Shown piece after piece: positions 37,705 through 50,054 of a stretch of 64,000 bases of DNA (position 1 is the stretch's first letter; each line of letters starts with the position of its first letter). Made by a program: the position numbers and the translations under genes. The notes beneath the pieces are model-generated. The model had not been told where the DNA came from. It saw only the letters and a list, made by a program, of their open reading frames with translations, and searched no databases. Source of the stretch: Mustelus asterias (lineage: Eukaryota); the NCBI RefSeq assembly GCF_964213995.1, contig NC_135806.1, positions 139,810,001 to 139,874,000 on the forward strand, given 5' to 3'.

Positions 37705-38052
37705 GTGCTCGTGGAAATGACCCCGTGGTGAATGGGACTGAGGGAGCTTCGGTTACATTGCCCTGTATGTTCACACCCAGCAACACTCACAAACTGACCA
37801 CTGTTAGCTGGATGAGGAAGGAGCCCTACCAACACGTGGTCACATTTAGAGTCCAATCAAATGGATTGTGGACAACTGAAAATGGTGGAAATCGATACGA
37901 GTTCATTGGGAATCCAAAGGAAGGAAATGCCTCAATTAGGATAAACCAGTTGAGTGTGAATGACAATGACACTTACCTGTGTCTGGTGGAGTACACATCG
38001 CCCAATTATTATTATCTGATCCTGAATGAGACACGTCTGCAGGTCATACATG
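37705..38052 (+). CDS. Ig V-set exon 2, Siglec-15/PILR-like domain
   Basis: Acceptor cctttcctcAG and donor G|GTAAAA, phase 1/1, 348 nt open. Motifs EGASVTLPCMF, WMRKEPY, RYEFIGNPKEGNASIRI, DNDTYLCLVEY, TRLQV. Four N-glycosylation sequons (NGT, NAS, NDT, NET). Confidence 0.9.
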
Positions 38053-38068
38053 GTAAAAAAATCATTGC

Positions 38069-38381
38069 TAAAGTAAAGTTTATTTATTTATTAGTCACAG
38101 GTAGGCTTGCATTAACACTGTGATGAAGTTACTGTGAAAATCCCTGAGTCGCTATACTCCGGCACCTGTTTGGGTACACAGAGGGAGAATTTAGCATGGC
38201 CAAATCACCTAACCTGCACATCTTTGGACTGTGGGAGGAAATCGGGAGCACCTGGAGGAAACCCACCCAAACATATGGAGAACATGCAAACTCCACACAG
38301 ACAGTGACCCAAGCTGGGAATCGAACCTGGGTCCCTGGCTCTGTGAGGCAGCAGTGCTAACCACTGTGCCACCGTGCCGCC
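38069..38381 (-). mobile_element. HE1-type V-SINE (alternative tail) just after the V2 donor
   Basis: Head, V-domain and gtgactaataaataaat tail. Confidence 0.88.
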
Positions 38382-38454
38382 TGCTATGCTATGTTCTCCA
38401 GTGAAGAGAGAGTTTACTTTGAGAGTGGATGGTGTAACAGAAAACATCCACTCT

Positions 38455-38695
38455 GACTCAATTGCAGCATTCTTGCCATTGAGTCAGTAGGTCATGGGTT
38501 CAAGTCCCACTCCAGGATTTGAGCACAAATTCTAAACTGACACGCCAATGTAACACTGAGAAATTGTAATTGCATATTTCCAAAGTTTTATTAAACTGAG
38601 GCCTGTCTGTCCTCTAAGATGCACGTAGAAGATCCCACAGCACCATTTTGAAGAAGAATATGGGAGTTATCCCTGGTGTCATGGCCAATATTTAT
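38455..38695 (+). mobile_element. Deu-domain SINE (SacSINE1/AmnSINE1-like)
   Basis: B box gggttcaagtccc, then gaagatcccacagcaccattttgaagaaga..ggagttatccctggtgtcatggccaatatttat matching the Deu core as recalled. Confidence 0.65.
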
Positions 38696-38984
38696 ACATG
38701 CGAACGTAAGAATTAAAAGAAGGAGTATGCTATTCAACTTCTCAAGCCTGCTCCATCATTCAGTAAGATCATGACTGACCTGATTCTGGCTCTTTTAGCA
38801 TCAACTCCACTTTCCTGCCTATTTTTATAGTCTTTGACTATCTTTTTAGTCAAGCACCTATCTACCTTTGTCAATGACCCTGCCCCCACCATTTTCTGAG
38901 GAATAGAGTTCCAAAGATTCACGACCATCGGTGAGAAACAATTTCTCACCTCCGTCTTAAATGAGAGACTTTTTTTTCAATTAA

Positions 38985-39975
38985 TTAGAGTCATAGAGTC
39001 AAAGGGGTTTACAGCATGGAAACAGGCTCTTCGGCCCAACTTCTCCATGCCGCCTCTTTTTTTTTAAAGCCCTAAGCTAGTCCCAATTGCCTGTATTTGG
39101 TCCATATCCCTCTATACCCATCTTACCCATGTAACTGTCTAAATGCTTTTAAAAAGACAAAACTGCACCCGTCTCTACTACTACTTCTGGCAGCTTGTTC
39201 CAGACACTCACCGCCCTCTGTGTGAAAAAATTGCCCCTCTGGACACTTTTGTATCTCTTCCCTCTCACTTTAAACCTATGCCCTCTACTTTTCGACTCCC
39301 CTACCTTTGGGAAAAGATATTGACTATCTAGCTGATCTGTGCCCCTCATTATTTTATAGACCTCTATAAGATCACTCCTCAGCCTTCTACACTCCAGAGA
39401 AAAAAGTCCCAGTCTATCCAGCCTCTCCTTATACCCAAACCATCAAGTCCCGGTAGCATCCTAGTAAATCTTTTCTGCACTCTTTTTAGTTTAATAATAT
39501 TCTTTCTAGAATAGGATGACCAGAACTGTACACATTATTCCAAGTGTGGCCTTACCAATGTCTTGTACAACTTCAACAAGATGTCCCAACTCCTGTATTC
39601 AATGTTCAGACCAATGAAACCAAGCATGCCGAATGCTTTCTTCACCACTCTGTCCACCTGTAACTCCACTTTCAAGGAGCTATGAATCTGTACCCCGAGA
39701 TCTCTTTGTTCTGTAACTCTCTCCAATGCCCTACCATAAACTGAGTAAGTCCTGCCCTGGTTCAATCTACCAAAACGCATCACCTCGCATTTAACTAAAT
39801 TAAACTCTATCTGCCATTCGTCAGCCCACTGGCCCAATTGATCAAGATCCCGTTGCAGTCTGAGATCACCTTCTTCACTGTCCACTATGCCACCAATTTT
39901 GGTGTCATCTGCAAACTTACTAACCATGTCTCCTACATTCTCATCCAAATCACTAATATAAATGACAAATAACAG
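38985..39975 (-). mobile_element. CR1 3' ~1 kb
   Basis: [15 protein letters not shown]; tail. Confidence 0.88.
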
Positions 39976-40139
39976 TGGGATGTGAGCATTGCTGGCTAGG
40001 CTAGCATTACTGGCCATCCCTAACTGCCCTTGAGAAGGTGGGGGTGAGCTGCATTCTTGAACTGCTGCAATCCATGTGGTGTAGGTACACCCACAGTAGG
40101 ATTTTTACCCAGCAACAGTGAAGGAACAGATGGGCAAGG

Positions 40140-42554
40140 AGCAGGAGTAGATCATTTGGTTCCTCGAGCCTGTTCTGCCATTTAATAAGATCATAGCTGA
40201 TCTGATAGTAACCTCAAATCTGCATCCCACCTTCCCCTAATAACCTATCACCCCCTTGCTTACCAAAAATGTATCCACCTCTGGCGATAAAATATTCAAA
40301 GATCTGCTTCCACCACCTTTTAGGCAGAGATTCCAAAGACTCACGAGTCTAAAAGAAACAATTTTACCTCATCTTCATTTTAAATGGACATCCCTTATTT
40401 TTAAACAGTGACCCCTGGTTCTAGATTCTCCCGCAAGAGGAAACACCCTCCCCACATCCACCTTGTCAAGACCTTCAAGATCTTATATGTTTCAATCAAG
40501 TTGCCTCTTATACTTCCAAACTCCAGCAGATGCAAGCCCAGCCTATCTAGCTTTCCTCATAAGACAACTCTGCCATTCCAGGTATTAGTCTGGTAAACCC
40601 ACTCTGAACCGCTTCCAACATATTTACATCCTTCCTTCAATAAGGTGACCAATACTGTTCACAATACTCAAAATGTTGACTTCCTACTGCCCTGTACAAC
40701 TTAAGCATAACCTCCCTATTTTATATTCAATTTCCCTCTCAAGAAATGATCTAATTCTATTAGCTTTTCAAATTACATTGTACATCACATATTGTGATTC
40801 ATGCGCTAAAGCACCCAGGTCCCTCTGCATCTCAGAGCTCTGCAATCTCTCACCATTTAGATAATATGTTTCATTAGACCATAAGACATCGAAGCAGAAT
40901 TAGGCCACTCAGCCCATCAAGTCTGCTCCGCCATTCAATCATGGCTGATATTTTTCTCATCCCCATCCTCCTGCCTTTACCCCATAATCCCTGATCCCTG
41001 TATTAATCAAGAACCTATCTATCTGTCTTAAAGACACTCAATGACCTGACCCCCACAGCCTTCTGCAGCAAAGAGTTCCACAGATTCACCACTCTCTAGC
41101 TGAAGAAATTCCTCATCATCTCTGTTTTTCTTTCATACTTCCTGCCAAATGGACAGGTTCACACTTGTCCACATTATACTCCATTTGCCAGATCTTTGCC
41201 CATTCACTTGACCTATTTATATATTTCTGTAGCCTCCTGATGTGTTCTTCACAACTTACTTTCCTAACTATCTTTGTGCCATTAGCAAGTTTGGCAACCA
41301 TCCCTTCAATCGCTTCATCCAAGTCATTTATAGAAATTGTAAACAGATAAGGTCCCAGCACTGATCTCTATGACAAACCACTCGTTACATCTTGCCAATC
41401 TGAAAAAGACTCATTTATACTGACTCTTTGCTTCCTGTTAACCAGCCAATCTTCTATCCATGCCAATATGCTACCTCCATACCATGAGCTTTTATTTTTC
41501 ACAACAACCTTTGATGTGGTACTTTATCAAATGCCTTCTGGTCCCACCGAAGGTCACCACTCTGCCGCAGGTTGCCCAGCAGCAGAGGGAGCAAACAACA
41601 GGAAAGCACGGTGACAGTGGCAGGACCAGAAAATCCCACTACCAGCCAATGTCAGGCTCTCTCTGTCACCACAAAACACACCAAAGGGGTCAAAAATCCT
41701 ATCCAATGTCTAAGACCTACTCCTCTCTTCCTCAAATTCTATATAAAATTCAATTGTATTTTGGTCGCTGCTTACTTGAGCCACCTTCACTATGAGATTG
41801 TTAATTAATCCCATCCCATTGCACAATAGCCGGTCCAGTATAGTCTGCTTTCTGGTTGGCTCCAGAACATGCTGTTTTTAGAAGCTATCACAGGAACATT
41901 ATACAAACTCCTCAGCTAGGCTACTTTTGCTCATCTGCCTTTTCCAGTCAGTATTTGGGATTTTCCTTCCTCTCCACAGCATGTTGCACAGCAGCTGGTG
42001 GTGGGTTCTTATGGCCCCACCATTGTCAATGGGATTTCCCATTGAATGTACCCCTCACCGCCGGGAAACCCGCAACAGAGGTGTGCCATCAGTGTGCCAT
42101 AAGATTTGCCGGCATAAACAGCAGCAAGATTTTGGCGTACATGTAGATTAAAATCTCCCATGATCATTGCTGTGCCTTTCTGTGCTCCCATTATTTCTTC
42201 CTTTATGCTCCATCCTGTAATGTTGTTACTATGAGGGGGCCTGTACATGACTCCCACTGGTGACTTCTTGCCTTTACTGTTTCTCATCTCTAACCAAACC
42301 ATTTCCACATCCTGGTAATCCCTTAAGTAATCCATCTCTATTGTGCTACCGTCATTAACTAACAGAGCCACCCCTCCACTATTTCCCTTGCTTCCTGTTC
42401 TTCCTAAATGTCCTGTTCTTCCTAAATGTCCTGTACCCTTCAATAGTCAGGTCGCAGTCGTGTCAGTGTAATGGCTATCAAATCATGTTTATTTATTTCT
42501 ATATGCGTTCTCAGTTCATCTGTTTTATTTTCAATGCTTTGTCCATTCAGATAC
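40140..42554 (-). mobile_element. Old decayed CR1 pieces with small nested repeats
   Basis: KLANGTKI..WQMEYNVDKC; GGVALL..YRPP..MGDFNL. Confidence 0.65.
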
Positions 42555-44490
42555 AAAGAACAAAAAACAATACAGCACAGGAACAGGCCCTTCGGCCCTC
42601 CAAGCCCGCGCCGCTCCCTGGTCCAAACTAGACCATTCTTTTGTATCTCTCCATTCCCACTCCGTTCATGTGGCTATCTAGATAAGTTCCCAGTGTGTCC
42701 GCCTCCACCACCTTGCCCGGCAGCACATTCCAGGCTCCCAGCACCCTCTGTGTAAAATACGTCCTTCTGATATCCGTGTTAAACCTCCCCCCCCTCACCT
42801 TGGACCTATGACCCCTCGTGAACGTCACCACCGATCTGGGAAAAAGCTTCCCACCGTTCACCCTATCTATGCCTTTCATAATTTTATACACCTCTATTAG
42901 GTCACCCCTCATCCTCCGTCTTTCCAGTGAGAACAACCCCAGTTTACCCAATCTCTCCTCATAACTAAGCCCTTCCATACCAGGCAACATCCTGGTAAAC
43001 CTCCTCTGCACTCTCTCTAAAGCCTCCACGTCCTTCTGGTAGTGTGGTGACCAGAACTGGGCGCAGTATTCCAAATGCGGCCGAACTAACGTTCTATACA
43101 ACTGCAACATCAGACCCCAACTTTTATACTCTATGCCCCGTCCTATAAAGGCAAGCATGCCATATGCCTTATTCACTACCTCCTCCACCTGTGACGTCAC
43201 CTTCAAGGATCTGTGGACTTGCACACCCAGGTCCCTCTGCCTAACTACACCCTTTATGGTTCTGCCATTTATCGTATAACTCCCCACCATGTTAGTTCTA
43301 CCAAAATGCATCACTTCGCATTTATCAGGATTGAACTCCATCTGCTATTTCTTTGCCCAAATTTCCAGCCTATCTATATCCTTCTGTAGCCTCTGACAAT
43401 GTTCCTCACTATCTGCAAGTCCAGCCATTTTCGTGTCGTCCGCAAACTTACTGATCACCCCAGTTACACCTTCTTCCAGATCGTTTATATAAATCACAAA
43501 CAGCAGAGGTCCCAATACAGAGCCCTGCGGAACACCACTAGTCACAGGCATCCAGCTGGAAAAAGACCCTTCCACTACCACCCTCTGTCTTCTGTGACCA
43601 AGCCAGTTCTCCACCCATCTAGCCACCTCCCCCTTTATCCCATGAGATCCAACCTTTTGCACCAACCTACCATGAGGGACTTTGTCAAACGCTTTATTAA
43701 AGTCCATATAGACGACATCCACGGCCCTTCCCTCGTCAACCATTCTAGTCACTTCTTCAAAAAACTCCACCAGGTTAGTGAGGCATGACCTCCCTCTCAC
43801 AAAACCATGCTGACTATCGTTAATGAGTTTATTCCTTTCTAAATGCGCATACATCCTATCTCTAAGAATCCTCTCCAACAACTTCCCTACCACGGACGTC
43901 AAGCTCACCGGCCTATAATTTCCTGGGTTATCCTTCCTACCCTTCTTAAATAACGGGACCACATTAGCTATCCTCCAATCCTCTGGGACCTCACCTGCGT
44001 CCAGTGACGAGACAAAGATTTACGTCAGAGGCCCAGCGATTTCATCTCTCGTCTCCCTGAGCAGCCTTGGATAGATTCCATCAGGCCCTGGGGATTTGTC
44101 AGTCTTTATATTCCCTAAAAAACCTAACACTTCCTCCCTCGTAATGGAGATTTTCGCTAACAGGTCAACACTCCCCTCCGAGACACTCCCAGTCAACACA
44201 TCCCTCTCCTTTGTGAATACCGACGCAAAGTATTCATTTAGGATCTCCCCTACTTCTTTGGGCTCTAAGCATAATTCCCCACTTTTGTCCCTGAGAGGTC
44301 CGATTTTTTCCCTGACAACCTTTTTGTTCCTAACGTATGAATAAAATACCTTGGGATTCTCCTTAATCCTGTCTGCCAAGGACATTTCGTGACCCCTTTT
44401 TGCCCTTCTAATTCCTCGTTTGAGTTCTTTCCTACTTTCTTCGTACTCCTCCAGAGCTCCCTCTGTTTTTAGCTGCCTGGACCTAACGTA
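42555..44490 (-). mobile_element. Young CR1, 3' 1.9 kb
   Basis: Nearly continuous ORF2 (44385 to 42628); same subfamily as 61645-64000. Confidence 0.93.
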
Positions 44491-44759
44491 ACGGGGCTTT
44501 TAGTTTTATTCTTTCATTCTTTTTATAATCTCTCGTCTAATCTTTTAATTCACTGTTAGATTTGTACTCTATCCCGTCCTGTCATGGTCTGGTTTTCATT
44601 TCCCATAATAATACTTTTCTCTCTTGCCTTGTCTCTACTCTTTGATTTATCACATCTTTCCAAATTTGATCCCTTGTCCCAACTATTTAGTTTAAAATCC
44701 TCTCTACTTCCCTAGTTAGGCGGCTCTCAAGGACGCCAATCCCAGCACAGTTCAGATGT

Positions 44760-45950
44760 CATTGTCGGCGGTAGTCCCTCGAAACCAAGGATGACATCTG
44801 TCAGGCTTGGTGAGTCTTCAGATGACTTAGGAACCCAATTATGGATCCACTAGTTCTTCCGCAGTGAGGACATGTTGTTGCGCAGTGAGTGGAATTTCCA
44901 GCCCTGGATTGGCTTCTCTCTTCTTCCTCTGCCTATGCTGTTCTGCCTCACTGTCAGGTTGCTGAGCCTCGAAGCGGCTCAATGGACCAGGTGGAGCCAC
45001 GCCAAATGGTCCACAGCCTCCTCCTCCCAGTCAGTGGTGTCAATGCCTCCATGGTTTAGGCTGGTCCTGAGCATATTCTTCTACCTTTCCCTTTGGCCGC
45101 CCTTAGAACGTTGGCCAATGGAGAGCTGGGAGAAGAGAACCTACAGAGGGAGGTGGTTTCTGGACATCCAAACACAGTGGCCCATCCATCAGAGTTGGTT
45201 ATTTGATGCTGGTAGACACAGCTTCATGGAGAACGCTAACGTTGGGCTGGTTGTCCTCCCATTTGATCCCCAGGATTTGATGCAAGAACCACTAATGGAA
45301 ACTGTCAAGGATCTTAACGTAGCGTCGATAGACAGTCCAGGTTCATTACAGGAAAGGAAGGTGGTCAACACAATGAGCTTATAAACCAGGAGCCATGTTG
45401 CCTTCCAAAGGTTCCTGTTGTCAAAGACACTTTGGCACAGCTTGAATAAGGCAGCGTATGACACTGACACAGCTGACTCAGTGCTGGAACCTCCTCATTG
45501 ATCATAGTCCCTTGGAAAGGGTGGCTGCTGAGATATGGGGAATGCTGCAAATACTCCAAAGCCATCACGTCTACATGGATAGCATGGGGGATGCTCATCT
45601 GGTCTGGGAAAGATTGGTGAAGGAGTTTCATCTTGGCGGTGTTTAAAGATAGGCCAAGCCTCTTATGGGAGATGATGATGAGGCCATGTGTCCTTTGCAT
45701 GTCCTGTACAGAGTGAGCCATCACACAGCAATCATACGCAAACTGAAGGTGTGGACGTCAGAAGCTGCATTTGGTTTCCTGGAGGATCTCCTCAGTGACA
45801 GGATGAAGGGGGTTCAGGAGGATGCGGACCAGGATCTTACCCATAATGGACAAGAGGGAAATCCCCCTGTAATTTTTGCAATTAGATTTATCCCCCTTCT
45901 TGTGGATAGTAATGATGGTCGCGTCCTTGAGATCCTGGGGAATTTGGCCA
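44760..45950 (-). mobile_element. Decayed RTE-clade LINE
   Basis: Remnants of NYRGISLLSIMGKIL, AHS..DMQ..LGLSLNTAK, VFDNRNL..LLVYKLIVLTT; short 3' tail. Confidence 0.65.
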
Positions 45951-46004
45951 CACAGTCATAGGTCTTGGTAACCTGGAAGCAGTTGCACATGTTGTGCTCC
46001 GCCA

Positions 46005-47730
46005 TTTATTATGACCATGGCCGATCATTGAATTCAATACCCTGATCCCCCCCTTCCCACCCCCCATATCCCTTGATCCCTTTAGCTCCAAGAGCTATAT
46101 CAAAATTCTTTTTGAAATCCGATAACATTTTGACCTCAACTACTTTCTGGGGGAGTGAATTCCACACATTCATCTCTCTCTGGGTGAAGACATTTCTCCT
46201 CACCTCAGTTCTAAAAGGTTTACCCCTTATCTTTAAACTATGACTCCCTCGTTCTGGACTCCCCCACCATTGGGAACATTCTTTCTGAATCTACCCTGTC
46301 TAACCCTGTTAGACTTTTATAAATTTCTATGAGATCCCCTCTCACTTTTCTAAACTCCAGTGAATATAATCCTAACCGATTCAGTCTCTCCTCATAAGAC
46401 AGACTGCCATCTACTCGTTACATCCTCAAAGAATTCCAATAGATTCGTCAGGCATGATTTTCCTTTTGTAAATCTATGCTGACTTTGTCTGATTATACCA
46501 CTGCTTTCCAAATGCTGAGGTATGAAATCTTTATAATGGACTCTAGCAACTTCCCCAGTACTGACGTTAGGCTCACTGGTCTATAGTTCCCTGTTTTCTC
46601 TCTACCTCCTTTTTGTTTCTTCTTATAATTCTTATAATCCAAACTTTCCAATCCCGGTAACATCCTTATAAATCTTTTTTGCACCCTTTCCAGTTTAATA
46701 ACATCCTTCCTATAGCAGGGTGACCAGACTTGTACGCAGTACTCCAAATGTGGCCTTACCAATGTCTTGTACAGTTGTAACATAACGGCAAGTATGCCAA
46801 ATGCCTTCTTCACCACCCTGTCTACCTGTTACACCACTTTCAAGGAACTTTGTATCTGTACCACTAGATCTCTCTGTTTGACAACACTCCCCAGGGCCCA
46901 ACAATTAACTGTGTGAGTTCTTCCCTGGCTTGCCTTACCAAAATGCAACACCTCGCATTTATCTGAATTAAACTCCATCTGCTATTCCTTGGCCCACTTG
47001 ATCCCACTGGCCCAATTGATCAAGATCCCGTTGCAATCCTTCTTCGCTGTCCACTATACCACCAATTTTGGTGCCATCTGCAAACTTACTTACCATGCCT
47101 CCTATATTTTCATCCAGATCATTTGTATAAATGACAAACAACAGTGGACCCAGCAATGATCCCTACGGCACACCGCTGGTCACAGGGCTCCAGTATGAAA
47201 AACAACCCTCTACAACCACCCTCTGTCTCCTACCAGCAATCCAATTTTCTATCTAATTGGCTAGTTCTCCCTGGATCCCATGTGATCTAACCTAAATGAC
47301 CAATCTACCATACGGTACCTTGTCGAAGGCCTTGCTAAAGTCCATGTAGATAACATCCACCGCACTGCCCTCAACTATTTTCTTGGTCATCCCTTCAAAA
47401 AACCCTATCAAATTTGTAAGACACAATTTCCCACGCACAAACCCGTGCTGACTATCCCTAATCAGTCCTCGCCTTTACAAATCATGTAGATCCTGGCTCT
47501 CAGAATCCCCTCCAACAACTTACCTATCACTGACGTGAAACTCACTGGTCTGTAGTTCCCTGGTTTTCCCTTGCCGCCTTTCTTAAATAATGGCACATTT
47601 GCCTCCCTCCAGTTTATGGCACCTCACCCGTGGGTGTCGATCATACAAATATCTCCACTAGGGGCCCCGCAATTTCTTTCCTCGCTTCCCACAATATCCT
47701 GGGATACACTTGATCAGGTCCCAGGGATTA
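46005..47730 (-). mobile_element. Composite of CR1 fragments
   Basis: [33 protein letters not shown]; tail. Confidence 0.8.
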
Positions 47731-49035
47731 ATCTTTGTTTATGGAACATTGTCCCAAAGAGACCGGTTGTCAACATAACCTTCTATGAATAAACATTTCC
47801 CACATTCACCCTTATATAAAATTTCTGACTATATTGGACAAGTAAACCCCGTTTCCAGTGCTTCTACCCATGCTAGTGTTTCAGTGGCATTTTACAACTC
47901 TTCGTTTTCCTGACCTCCCAAGCCAATGGACAACACTTCTCATTTTTTCCCACCAAGAATATGATAAACCCTGATGTGGTATAGTACCCATCTGGGAGGT
48001 TGGCATGTGAAGCATCACTAAAAATAACCAACCTCATATCTTCTGGTTCACCCAAGGCTGGGAATTTGCGCATGCATCTTTCTGAATGTAATTTTTTTAG
48101 TGTTTAATTTGCTTTCAGAATTCCCTCAACTGAAGCATGTTTCACCATGGTACTTAGTTCTAACATATCGTAACTAGCGTCAGACCTAGTCTGAGTGCAC
48201 AACAAGGTCAACTGCCCAATCGAACTTCTGTTTCCTCTTTTAATAGCTGGATCCTCTTTTTATGAGGATCTAACCCGGGGTATAGGGATATGATTAACAT
48301 TCTCTAGACTGTTGGTTCATTGTCATTCCTAACTTGTTTTGCTTAATATCTAAACCTATGTATTTAAAGGCCGGACTTCCTAGCTTGAATTATCTTCTTT
48401 ATCTTCTTGATTACCCTTTGCTCAAATTCAATAGCGCCTCCCCACAGGAAATCATCACTTGGAATGATGAAAATTGCAGCTCGTTTGTGGGTGTGCCTTC
48501 AACTGATCGTAACCTGATTTCAATCGGACAGACTTCACAGAAAAATACCATATTCATTCAATCGTAAACACTTGCTCAACTTCCATAGCTTTCCTTCTAC
48601 ATCATGAGCTTCTTTGAGCAGTTTAAAAAACTTTTCTTTGAACTTCTCACCTTGTAAAAAGACAGCCTTTATAGAACCATAGAACCATAGAAAATTACAG
48701 CTCAGAAACAGGCCTTTTGGCCCTTCTTGTCTGTGCCGAACCATTTTATGCCTAGTCCCACTGACCTGCACTTGGACCATATCCCTCCACACCCCTCTCA
48801 TCCATGAACCCGTCCAAGTTTTTCTTAAATGTTAAAAGTGACCCCGCATTTACCACTTTATCCGGCAGCTCATTCCACCACTCTCTGCGTGAAGAAGCCC
48901 CCCCTAATATTCCCTTTAAACTTTTCTCCTTTCACCCTTAACCCATGTCAATAGATTTGCATTCCCAGGAATATGATGCCAAAATAGTCAAAAGGAATCT
49001 ACAAATTTACTTTCCCTGCAGTAGGTGAATCCACC
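47730..49035 (-). mobile_element. Ty1/copia RT-RNase H remnant (GalEa-like), split by a CR1 tail at ~48672-48946
   Basis: VDSPTAGK..WECKSID|IKAVFLQG..GKLWKLSKC; FKYIGLDIKQ; RSSIGQL..QTRSD; VIFSDASHANLPDG..CPLAW; ETLA..VDNRSLWDNV. Confidence 0.8.
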
Positions 49036-49039
49036 CTGA

Positions 49040-50040
49040 CATCCGTGTGCGTGTTGATTGTAACAAACTTTCGGGAAGGCTCGTCTAATTCAAGTTGGGG
49101 ATAGGCAAAGCTCATATCCAACTTCGAGAATGCCTGGCCACCTGCCAACCTGGTGTGCAGGTTTGTGATTCAGGGCATGGGGTAACCATCAAGTTTGGAA
49201 ACCCAGTTGAATGCACTGTGGCTCAGTGGTTAGCGCTGCTGCCTCACAGCTCCAGGGACCCGAGTTCAATTCCAGCCTTGGGTCACTGTCTGTGTGGAGT
49301 TTGCACATTCTCCCCGTGTCTGTGTGGGTTTCCTCCGGGTGCTCCGGTTTCCTCCCACACTCCAAAGATCTGCAGGTTAGGTGGATTGGCCATGGTAAAT
49401 TCCCCTTTAGTGTCCAAAGATGTGTAGGTAAGGGGGGATGGCATGGCAAATGTGCAGGGTTATGGGGATAGGGCGGAGGGAAGGGTCTGAGTGAGATGAT
49501 CTTTCGGACAAACGGTGCAGATTCAATGGGCTGAATGGCCTCTTTCTGCACTGTATGGATTCTAATTGACTGTTGCTTATAGTCCCCTTAGTGACAAACC
49601 GACTTGTCCGGTTTAAAGGCTGGCAAGACAGGCATCTCCCAATCTGCAAATTGCACGGGCCTTATTATGCCCAGATTTTCCAGGTACCTGAGTTAGTCTC
49701 CACCTTTTCCAATAGGAAGTATGGAACCAGTCTCGCTCTAACACACTTAGGCGTAGCATCAGCTTTGACACAGATCTCGGTTTTAAGCCCCTCTTATTTT
49801 TCCCAGTCCTTCCTGGAAAACTTCAGGGTATCTGCTGATAACTTCACACAGCCCCCAACACCCAGCCTGAAGATCTCCAACCAGATCTCCAACCAGTTCA
49901 GCCAATCTCTCGCTGGAGCCAATCTCTCCCATAAGGTTTAGTCTTGCCCCTGTACAACAAAAGTGGAAGTCGGGCTGATCGCTGCCTGTATGTCACTGCG
50001 GTCATCATGGTGCCTCTTATTTGTAATGGTTCCTTACGTA
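49040..50040 (-). mobile_element. Gypsy RT N-terminal fragment with nested HE1 SINE (+, ~49215-49565)
   Basis: LAGGQAFSKLDMSFAY..FVTINTH; VQFADW..KPDKS..GDYK. Confidence 0.7.
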
Positions 50041-50054
50041 GGTGGCTAATCTTT

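Noticed and set aside
23681-38052. Assigning the symbol SIGLEC15
   Set aside because: V-V rather than V-C2 layout, no essential Arg, and no synteny evidence in the window.
41538-41700. Ser/Thr-rich stretch as a stalk exon of the receptor
   Set aside because: Sits within decayed CR1 sequence, with no convincing acceptor/donor pair in phase 1.
42394-42434. 18-bp tandem duplication
   Set aside because: Ordinary slippage inside a dead CR1.
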